A stretch of 32,000 nucleotides of DNA from Pyrodictium occultum (GTDB lineage: Archaea; Thermoproteota; Thermoprotei_A; Sulfolobales; Pyrodictiaceae): positions 660,001-692,000 of the forward strand of contig NZ_LNTB01000001.1 in the NCBI RefSeq assembly GCF_001462395.1, given 5' to 3'. The translations under genes were made by a program, and so were the position numbers. Positions 7,931 through 14,855 of the stretch are shown piece by piece (the stretch's first letter is position 1; the number at the start of each line of letters is the position of its first letter). The notes below the pieces were generated by a model, which had not been told where the DNA came from, did not search any database, and saw only the letters and a list, made by a program, of their open reading frames with translations.

Positions 7931-8804
7931 TGCGTCCACGGGAGAGCCTTGAGAGGAGAAGCTGGTGTATAGCAGCCAGGCGGGCAACCTCCTTCTTTAC
8001 CACAGAGTCCACCAGGTCTATCACCCAGGGCAGCCCGGTGGGCCCCGTCTCCCTAGCCAGCATCGAGACAACCTGGTCGACGGGGTGGCCTGCGCTGCAG
8101 AGCTCTAGCTTCACCGCCTCCGCGAGGCCGCGGAGGGGCTTGTAGAAGACAATCCTGCACCCCATGGATGCGAGTGTCTCCTGGGGGTGGGGCAGCTCGA
8201 GGTACTCGCCGCGGCGGAGCACGATAGAGGCTACCGCCTTATCGCTCATCCTGACGCCCAGGACGCCCGCCATCTGGGCCGAGTAGCTCCTCTTGAGGAC
8301 CCCGACGAGGGGTACGCGTCTCCTGGACAACTCTTTTACAAGCATGAGGCTGAGGTTCTCGACATCGACCCAGAGGTCGGAGGCTCCACGCCGGGGCAGT
8401 ATCTCGCCATCAACAACCATGAGGCCTGCATCGTCCACGACACTGACGGCGTAGCGGCGCTCCTCGAGCCTGGCGAGAGCCGCTACGTAGTCCTGCTCGA
8501 TGTCCCCAAGATACTCGACGAGGAGCTTGCGGCCACGCCTAATGCTAGTGCCCCTATCGGAGTACCTGACCAGGGCCACCGTAACCATGCTCATAGATAT
8601 GCCTACAAGGTTCAGAGGAGACCGCGGGAAGGCGGAGTCTACAGCATAGACTGGCTCGAAACGCGTGCCCAGCTCTTTGATCTTCCTTATCCCGATGCTC
8701 TCTTCAACGAGGCGGCGCAGGCCCTCATCAATGCTTGGCAGCCGTGACGCTATTCTTTTCACAGCCGCGTGAATATCGTCACCCAGCTCTACGACCTCTA
8801 CCAT
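7866..8804 (-). CDS. NurA-domain (5'-3' nuclease) family protein, stand-alone
   Basis: 312 aa with an ATG start. VYAVDSAF, LMVVDGEILP and VPLVGVLKRSYS follow the NurA pattern (aiDgS; lllDGsL; GvsKxS). The last 30 or so residues (..RGRRHQLAYPLNPQEARSRPGAGS) read into the G+C-rich block. Confidence 0.5.
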   Translation of the reverse strand: MVEVVELGDDIHAAVKRIASRLPSIDEGLRRLVEESIGIRKIKELGTRFEPVYAVDSAFPRSPLNLVGISMSMVTVALVRYSDRGTSIRRGRKLLVEYLGDIEQDYVAALARLEERRYAVSVVDDAGLMVVDGEILPRRGASDLWVDVENLSLMLVKELSRRRVPLVGVLKRSYSAQMAGVLGVRMSDKAVASIVLRRGEYLELPHPQETLASMGCRIVFYKPLRGLAEAVKLELCSAGHPVDQVVSMLARETGPTGLPWVIDLVDSVVKKEVARLAAIHQLLLSRLSRGRRHQLAYPLNPQEARSRPGAGS

Positions 8805-8832
8805 TCAGCGGCCAGCCCTATTCACCGGCATC

Positions 8833-10029
8833 ATGTTTAATACCAATAAAGCCTTGCAGCCGGCCCGGCGGCGCATAGAGCCGGGCTACCGGGTGAGAGT
8901 TATTGTGGCCGAGGAGTTCAGGCTAGACCCCTGGGCATCGGCGGTAAGGCTGGAGTATGAGAAGCTCTTCCGCTACTTCGGGATAAAGCCCTTTCGGGAG
9001 CTTCTGCCACGCGTAACGGAGGTGCTTGGCGAGCCCCTCCACCTCATGCGCCGTGGCGTCATATTCGGCCATAGGGATTTCGACAGTGTGCTTGAAGCAT
9101 ACCGGTCCGGCGAGCGGGTAGCCCTTGTAACCGGCTTCATGCCCAGCGGCCGCTTCCACTTCGGCCACAAGATGGTGGCGGATCAGATAATATACTACCA
9201 GAAGCTGGGCTTCGAGATATTCATTGTTATAGCTGACGCGGAGGCCTACGCTGTCCGCAAGCTAGACCGTAGGAAGGTGATAGAGACGGGCCTCTACGAG
9301 TACGTTGCCAACCTCATAGCCCTGGGGCTTGAGAAGAACCGGCACACCCACATATACTTCCAGACCAACTACGAGACACCCTACTACCGCCTCATCCAGA
9401 TGTTCTCCAGGAAGATAACAATGGCCGAGATGGAGGCTATATACGGTGACCTAGAGCCGGGCAAGGTGATGGCCGCGCTCACCCAGGCTGCAGACATACT
9501 ACACCCCCAGCTAGACTACTTCGGAGGCTTCAAACACGTACTCGTACCCGTTGGAGCCGATCAAGACCCACACATAAGGCTTGCAAGAGATATCGCTGAC
9601 AGGTTTGAGAACGAGCTAGGGCTCCGGAGGCCGGCCTCGACCTACCATCGGTTCCAGAGCGGGCTGGACGGCAACAAGATGAGCAGCTCTAGGCCGGACT
9701 ATACCATATTTCTAAGCGACCCCATAGACGTGGCTGTGCGTAAGCTGAAGAACGCCCTCACCGGCGGCCGGGCGACGGTGGAGGAGCAGCGCCGGCTCGG
9801 AGGAGAGCCGGAAAAGTGCACAGTCTACGAGTTCTACGTATACCATCTAGTCAGGGACGACAAGAAGCTTGCGAGAATATACCAGGAGTGCAGAGGGGGG
9901 CGCCTCCTCTGCGGCCCTGACAAGCAGTACGCGGCCGAGCTGCTAGCCAAGTTCCTGGAGGAGCACCAGAGGAAGCTCGAGAAGGCCAAGGACAGGGTGC
10001 TAGAGTACGTGGAGCCCCCAAGCTTCTAG
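8833..10029 (+). CDS. trpS: Tryptophan--tRNA ligase (archaeal/eukaryotic type)
   Basis: Class I HIGH-type motif PSGRFHFGH and KMSKS-type motif KMSSS. EEFRLDPW...YEKLFRYFGI is a typical archaeal TrpRS N-terminus. The longest ORF starts at ATG 8833, but that codon lies in the A/T-rich block. GTG 8893 or 8905 is the more likely true start. Confidence 0.85.
   Translation: MFNTNKALQPARRRIEPGYRVRVIVAEEFRLDPWASAVRLEYEKLFRYFGIKPFRELLPRVTEVLGEPLHLMRRGVIFGHRDFDSVLEAYRSGERVALVTGFMPSGRFHFGHKMVADQIIYYQKLGFEIFIVIADAEAYAVRKLDRRKVIETGLYEYVANLIALGLEKNRHTHIYFQTNYETPYYRLIQMFSRKITMAEMEAIYGDLEPGKVMAALTQAADILHPQLDYFGGFKHVLVPVGADQDPHIRLARDIADRFENELGLRRPASTYHRFQSGLDGNKMSSSRPDYTIFLSDPIDVAVRKLKNALTGGRATVEEQRRLGGEPEKCTVYEFYVYHLVRDDKKLARIYQECRGGRLLCGPDKQYAAELLAKFLEEHQRKLEKAKDRVLEYVEPPSF
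8834..8852. promoter_or_regulatory. A/T-rich block, candidate bidirectional TATA region for the NurA-like gene and trpS
   Basis: TGTTTAATACCAATAAAGC is the only A/T-rich stretch here. It sits about 39 nt upstream of the NurA-like ATG (8804) and 40-55 nt upstream of in-frame GTGs of trpS (8893, 8905). Confidence 0.35.
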
Positions 10030-10796
10030 AGCCAGCCGCCGGGCCCCAGGTCCTCTAGATAGTCGAGCCTGCTGGGCCCGCCCCTCCTGGCCCTGCGCCC
10101 CAGCTCCCAGGGGGGAGGGTGGGGCGCGGAGGTGCGCCCCGCGCCGCTGTGTACCGGCTTAACCCTCCCAGCCCTTATGGCCTCCAGCACGCTTTCCGGG
10201 CTCTTCTCCTCTGCATCAATTATGCTGTAGGCCGCGCCCAGCTCGTCCACTAAGTGGGCATCGCTGTTGGCCAGCCCTGGTATGCCTAGCTCCCGCGCCG
10301 CCCGCTCCGCCCGCTGGTTGGAGGCCGGGTCGCTGCGGGCATTGTAGACCTCCAGCGCGTCCCAGCTGCCATGGTATACTAGCTCCCCTATGCCGGCGCG
10401 GCGGGTGTCAAACGGGTGGGCTGGAGCCACGAGGCAGCCGTTATCGTGAGCCACATCGGCCAGCTCTAAGGGGTCGCGGGGGATCCTCTCGAGGGGCTCG
10501 TCACTACAGTAGACCAGCACGTCGCCTGCAGTGGTACGCACCTCTGCCCCCGGGACTACGACTAGGTCGAGGCTCATACTCCTGGCCGCTCTAAGGGCTC
10601 GTAGACCTCCCTCGAACGTGTCATGGTCTGTCACGGCAATAACGTCTAGCTCCTTCTCTACCGCCGCTATCAGTACTTCCTCTGGGCTATTCCTACCATC
10701 ACTGACCGTTGTGTGTACATGCATGTCAGCACGCAACCTCATAGAGTACGCCACCATGGCCTTGGAGGGGCTAGCTGTGCCTCCCAAGCCTGGCAA
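10026..10796 (-). CDS. PHP-domain metal-dependent phosphoesterase
   Basis: Carries the full set of PHP metal-ligand blocks: DMHVHTTVSDG, AVTDHD, APAHP and ANSDAH. The ORF start at 10796 overlaps the upstream nuclease gene by 26 nt. ATG 10757 or 10742 (MRLRADMHVHT) are alternative starts. Confidence 0.8.
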   Translation of the reverse strand: MPGLGGTASPSKAMVAYSMRLRADMHVHTTVSDGRNSPEEVLIAAVEKELDVIAVTDHDTFEGGLRALRAARSMSLDLVVVPGAEVRTTAGDVLVYCSDEPLERIPRDPLELADVAHDNGCLVAPAHPFDTRRAGIGELVYHGSWDALEVYNARSDPASNQRAERAARELGIPGLANSDAHLVDELGAAYSIIDAEEKSPESVLEAIRAGRVKPVHSGAGRTSAPHPPPWELGRRARRGGPSRLDYLEDLGPGGWL

Positions 10797-11394
10797 AGGG
10801 GCATATTTTCCTGTAGCTGCAGTACCTGCACTCCCAGTCGTACCTTGGCGCGCGGAGGTTGTATATTGTTTCTCTCAGCAGAGCCTCTACATCCACGCTG
10901 CTCGGCTCCACCTCGAACTCCACGAGCCTGTCGGGAGTTACATAGAGGAGGTAGCCGCGTTTAGCCCCTGTAAGCTCCATGTATATCCTCAGCTGCATTA
11001 TGTGGTGCTCCCTAGGGCTATTCTCGGGTAGCTCCCTTGAGGTCTTGATCTCCACTATGGTGTGCGGCTTGCCGTCATCATTCCGTTTTAGCAGGTCTAT
11101 CCTGCCCTTGAGTATATACTCCTCCCCATCTATAATGTACTTCCTCTCTATGGGCACCTCCGTCTCCCATCCCCGGCTGGCGAGAAGGGAGCCCAGGCCC
11201 GCGTGGACTAAATCGCCGAGGACTAGGGAGGGCTCGAACCGGAAGCTGAGCAGGGGGAATTGCAGCCTCATTACCCGTTTATAGCTGCATGATACGAGGT
11301 CGGTCACATAAACCACTCGGGGATCTGTCATCTCGCGCAGCCTTTCGCTGAAGTCGCGCTGCTTAGCCTTGTAGAGCTCACTAACTATACCCAT
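10771..11394 (-). CDS. Cas4-like PD-(D/E)xK exonuclease with a four-Cys cluster (stand-alone)
   Basis: 207 aa. RecB-type motifs GRIDLL...IVEIKTS (D...ExK) and IMQLRIY (QhxxY). One N-terminal Cys (VSCSYK) plus C-terminal CRYCSYRKIC (C-x2-C-x5-C) reproduce the Cas4/DUF83 Fe-S arrangement. No CRISPR repeats or other cas genes occur in the window. Confidence 0.8.
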   Translation of the reverse strand: MGIVSELYKAKQRDFSERLREMTDPRVVYVTDLVSCSYKRVMRLQFPLLSFRFEPSLVLGDLVHAGLGSLLASRGWETEVPIERKYIIDGEEYILKGRIDLLKRNDDGKPHTIVEIKTSRELPENSPREHHIMQLRIYMELTGAKRGYLLYVTPDRLVEFEVEPSSVDVEALLRETIYNLRAPRYDWECRYCSYRKICPFARLGRHS

Positions 11395-11447
11395 GGCCCA
11401 GCCTGCACCCCTATCCGGCCTCTGCTGCCGGCGGGAAGAGCTATGGT

Positions 11448-11771
11448 CTAGGGCAGCCTATCTAGGAGGAGACGGAGGTCCTGGAAGTTCCCCACTTTCT
11501 TCCGGAGGGGGCGGAGCCAGCGTGCTAGGTTGTAGCAACCCTCCCCCCTCTCTATGACCCCCTTGTCGCGCAGGCTCATGGCTACTAGTATGGGCTTGGG
11601 GACTCCATGTATCTGGCTGAGATCCCGCTCAAATATTATCTCTCCGACTGATATATTGTCCCAAACATAGCTAAACACCTTCAGCTCGTCAGAGCTAAAC
11701 CTTATTATTAGATCACGTAGCTTGTAGAGCGTCCTCCTCTCCTCCTCCGTGAGGCGAGTCAAGCTCTGCAC
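11448..11771 (-). CDS. Winged-helix-like DNA-binding protein (hypothetical)
   Basis: 107-aa ORF starting at GTG 11771. [32 protein letters not shown] looks like a recognition helix plus beta-wing. Its first 59 nt overlap the RHH gene in another frame. A later GTG at 11678 would avoid the overlap. Confidence 0.5.
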   Translation of the reverse strand: MQSLTRLTEEERRTLYKLRDLIIRFSSDELKVFSYVWDNISVGEIIFERDLSQIHGVPKPILVAMSLRDKGVIERGEGCYNLARWLRPLRKKVGNFQDLRLLLDRLP

Positions 11772-11919
11772 CCCGGTACCTGCTTATCAGCATAACCAGG
11801 GCGCGACGGAGAGCCTCGCTACGGTTACGGAACACCCCGCTGCGCACCAGCTCGTCAAGCCTCTCCACAAGCTCCACCGGCGCCTTGAAGGTCACTATCA
11901 CGGTCTGCGGCAAAAGCAC
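11713..11919 (-). CDS. Ribbon-helix-helix (CopG/Arc/MetJ-type) transcriptional regulator
   Basis: [39 protein letters not shown] fits a beta-strand, helix A, loop, helix B RHH fold. The start is GTG (11919), with in-frame GTG alternatives a few codons in. The tail after ..LISRYR is low complexity and overlaps the next ORF. Confidence 0.65.
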   Translation of the reverse strand: MLLPQTVIVTFKAPVELVERLDELVRSGVFRNRSEALRRALVMLISRYRGAELDSPHGGGEEDALQAT

Positions 11920-11932
11920 TCCCCGGAGCCGT

Positions 11933-11968
11933 GGGCTTAGAGAAGTGCAGGGCCTCAGAATTAAGCCC
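11933..11968. promoter_or_regulatory. Inverted repeat in the RHH / lhr divergent spacer (candidate operator)
   Basis: GGGCTTA (11933-11939) and TAAGCCC (11962-11968) are perfect 7-bp reverse complements separated by 22 bp. They sit 14 bp upstream of the RHH GTG, inside the 102-bp divergent intergenic region. Confidence 0.3.
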
Positions 11969-12021
11969 AGAGGTGTAATACCGCAACAACTGCGCGGGCG
12001 AAAAAGGGGAGGCCCCTGGAG

Positions 12022-14703
12022 GTGCTGCGAACGATGGCGATAACCCGCGTCACCAGCTGCCCCAGCGACGAGGAAGTGTACCAGCTGCTAAGGCCCTATG
12101 TGGCTGAGTGGTTCCGGAGAAGGTATGGCAGCTTCACCCTACCCCAGCGCTGCGCTATACCACTGATAAAGAAGGGGCATAACGTGCTTGTATCATCACC
12201 CACAGGGACGGGCAAGACGCTCGCCGTGTTCCTCGGTATTATAGATGAGCTCTACCGGCTCGCCGAGGAGGGTAGGCTGGAGGAGCAGATATACGTCGTC
12301 TACGTATCACCCCTCCGAGCACTCAACAACGATATGAGGAGGAACCTGCTCCAGCCCCTCGAAGGTATAAGGAAGACTGCCGAGGAAATGGGGCTAAGCC
12401 TCCCCGAGATAAGAGTGGCTGTACGCACAAGCGACACACCGCCCTCCGAGAAGCAGCGGATGACCAAGAACCCGCCCCATATACTCATAACCACGCCCGA
12501 GAGCCTGGCTATCGCCCTCGCCGCCCCAAAGTTCCGCGAGAGGCTCAGCACCACACGCTGGATAATTATCGACGAGATCCATGAGCTTGCCTCAAGCAAG
12601 CGGGGCTCCCATCTCAGCCTCTCCGTGGAGAGGCTCGACTACGCAACTGGGGGTAGGCTGCAGCGCATTGGGCTCTCGGCCACCATAGCCCCGCTGGAGG
12701 AGGTTGCCAAGTTCCTCGTGGGCTACCGGGATACTGGAGAGCCTAGGGACTGCGTTATAGTGGATGCCAGGTTCGCTAAGCCGGTTGATATACGCGTACT
12801 CTGCCCGGTGAAGGACCTAATACATACTCCTGCAGATGTAGTGAACGAGGCCATCTATAGGCTCCTCGCTAAGCTGATACGGGAGCACCGCACCACGCTC
12901 ATATTCACTAATACGCGGAGCGCAACTGAGAGGGTCGTGTACAAGCTCAAGAAGATGCTCAAAGAAGAGGGCATAGCAGATATTGATGAGATCGAGGCCC
13001 ACCACAGCAGCCTCAGCCGGGACGTGAGGCTCTCCGTGGAAGAGAAGCTCAAGCGGGGAGAGCTGAGGGTAGTAGTATCCTCGACAAGCCTTGAACTCGG
13101 CATAGACATTGGCTATATAGATCTGGTGGTGCTCCTAAGCAGCCCCAAGAGCGTCTCCAGGATGCTCCAGAGGATAGGAAGAGCAGGGCACCACATACGC
13201 CAGGTGAGTAAAGGCAGGATAATAGTCGTTGACCGCGACGACCTTGTTGAATGCACTGTGTTGGCCAAGGCGGGCATGGAGAGGAAGATAGATCGTGTTC
13301 ATATACCGAGGAACCCGCTTGACGTGCTGGCCCAGCACCTCGTCGGCATGGCTATAGAGAGGAAGTGGAGCATAGAGGAGGCGTACAGGCTGGTCAAGAG
13401 GAGCTATACTTTCCACACGCTATCGTTCGAGGACTTCATGTCGGTGCTCCGCTTCCTGGCGGGCCGCTACGGCCTAGAAGAGCACAAGGTATACGCTAAG
13501 ATCTGGCTTGACGAGAAGGAAGGGGTCTTCGGCAGGCGCCGTGGGGCGAGAATGATCTACTACCTCAACAGCGGCACCATACCGGACGATGTCAAGGTGA
13601 AGGTCTACACGCTTGAAGGCCGCTACGTGGGAGACCTCGAGGAGGCCTTCGTCCAGATACTTGGGCCTGGAGATATATTTGTCCTTGGAGGCCGTACCTA
13701 CGAGTTCATACGCTCCGAGGGTATGAGGGTCTACGTCAAGCCCGCGGAGGGCCAGAAGCCTACCGTGCCCAGCTGGTTCTCTGAAATGCTGCCACTGGCC
13801 TTCGACTCGGCGCTCCTAATAGGAGCTTTCCGCCGCCGGGTAGCGGACATGATTAGGAATGCTGTGCCGAAGAGCGAGGCCGTGAAGCGTATAGCATCGG
13901 AGTATAACCTTGAGCCCCACGCGGCCGAGAACATATACAACTACATACTGGAACAGTACCTGTTTACCGACGGGCTTGTACCCAGCGACAAGCTGATACT
14001 AGTAGAGATCTTCCACGACCATGACGAGGAGTCCACGTCGATAATATTCCACTCGCTCTTCGGCAGGAGGGTTAACGACGCATTGTCTAGAGCATATGCA
14101 TACAAGCTCACTAACATGACCAATACTAATGTACGTGTAACCGTGACCGACAACGCCTTCATGCTCACCGTGCCGGGGATAAGAAATGACCTAGACGTGC
14201 ACAGCCTCGTGTACAGCGTAACCCCAGAGAACATAGACGATATACTGAGGAGGGTGCTCCGGAACACTGAGCTCTTGAAGAGGAGGTTCCGCCACTGCGC
14301 GGAGAGGGGCTTCATGCTACTACGCCGCTACCGTGGACGCACCCGCGACCCGCACTCACTGCAGCTCAATGCGCAGGCGCTGCTCGAGGCTGTGGAGCGT
14401 ATACCAGACTTCCCACTGCTCCGAGAGGCTTACCGGGAGATACTGGAAGACTATATGGATATAGAGAACGCCAGGCTCGTGCTCCGCTGGATCCACAACG
14501 GCGATGTGAAGGTGGCGCTCTTCGGGCCAACCAGCGTGCCAAGCCCATTCGCCCACCACATAGTGGTGAAGGGCTACAGCGACATAGTGCTGATGGAGGA
14601 CCGGAAGAAGATGCTTATGGAGCTGCACAGCCGGGTTATGGAGCTGTTGGCTGAGAGGCTGGGCAGGGCGAGCGGGGAGGCTGCAGCCGTAGGGGGAGAG
14701 TAG
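12022..14703 (+). CDS. lhr: Lhr-type (Hel112-like) superfamily 2 ATP-dependent DNA helicase
   Basis: 893 aa. Helicase motifs SSPTGTGKT (I), IIIDEIHEL (II), LSAT (III) and QRIGRAGH (VI). A long C-terminal extension is typical of Lhr-core / DEAD-associated domains. The start is GTG 12022 or ATG 12034. Confidence 0.85.
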   Translation: MLRTMAITRVTSCPSDEEVYQLLRPYVAEWFRRRYGSFTLPQRCAIPLIKKGHNVLVSSPTGTGKTLAVFLGIIDELYRLAEEGRLEEQIYVVYVSPLRALNNDMRRNLLQPLEGIRKTAEEMGLSLPEIRVAVRTSDTPPSEKQRMTKNPPHILITTPESLAIALAAPKFRERLSTTRWIIIDEIHELASSKRGSHLSLSVERLDYATGGRLQRIGLSATIAPLEEVAKFLVGYRDTGEPRDCVIVDARFAKPVDIRVLCPVKDLIHTPADVVNEAIYRLLAKLIREHRTTLIFTNTRSATERVVYKLKKMLKEEGIADIDEIEAHHSSLSRDVRLSVEEKLKRGELRVVVSSTSLELGIDIGYIDLVVLLSSPKSVSRMLQRIGRAGHHIRQVSKGRIIVVDRDDLVECTVLAKAGMERKIDRVHIPRNPLDVLAQHLVGMAIERKWSIEEAYRLVKRSYTFHTLSFEDFMSVLRFLAGRYGLEEHKVYAKIWLDEKEGVFGRRRGARMIYYLNSGTIPDDVKVKVYTLEGRYVGDLEEAFVQILGPGDIFVLGGRTYEFIRSEGMRVYVKPAEGQKPTVPSWFSEMLPLAFDSALLIGAFRRRVADMIRNAVPKSEAVKRIASEYNLEPHAAENIYNYILEQYLFTDGLVPSDKLILVEIFHDHDEESTSIIFHSLFGRRVNDALSRAYAYKLTNMTNTNVRVTVTDNAFMLTVPGIRNDLDVHSLVYSVTPENIDDILRRVLRNTELLKRRFRHCAERGFMLLRRYRGRTRDPHSLQLNAQALLEAVERIPDFPLLREAYREILEDYMDIENARLVLRWIHNGDVKVALFGPTSVPSPFAHHIVVKGYSDIVLMEDRKKMLMELHSRVMELLAERLGRASGEAAAVGGE

Positions 14704-14855
14704 GAGGGGCTCGGCGAAGGACCACCTCGTCACTAGCTGTTTCCCTCGGCTCGATCCCGGGGTATCTCCTCAACGCCCCCATGGCTTAGCTAGAGAGGCA
14801 TTTCCCTTATTACTTCCAGGCCCGGCACTCTACTCCCCAGAACACGGGATCCTTA

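Noticed and set aside
7416-7987. Two mirror-image 178-aa ORFs (7416-7952 plus strand, 7451-7987 minus strand) covering the convergent intergenic region
   Set aside because: Both translate to Pro/Gly/Arg/Ala-rich low-complexity strings and overlap each other almost completely. They also overlap the ends of better-supported genes. They exist only because the 70-80 percent G+C block lacks stop codons.
10771-11394. Cas4-like gene as a marker of a CRISPR-Cas locus
   Set aside because: No direct repeats with regular spacing and no other cas genes occur anywhere in the window. The gene is treated as a stand-alone Cas4-family nuclease.
14716-14790. Minus-strand string UUGAGGA-12 nt-UCGA-17 nt-GUGACGA-12 nt-CCGA, resembling C/D box spacing, in the lhr-pgk spacer
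   Set aside because: All four boxes are degenerate and none keeps the full consensus. There is no terminal stem and the D'-C' gap is long. The two 12-nt spacings alone are not enough.
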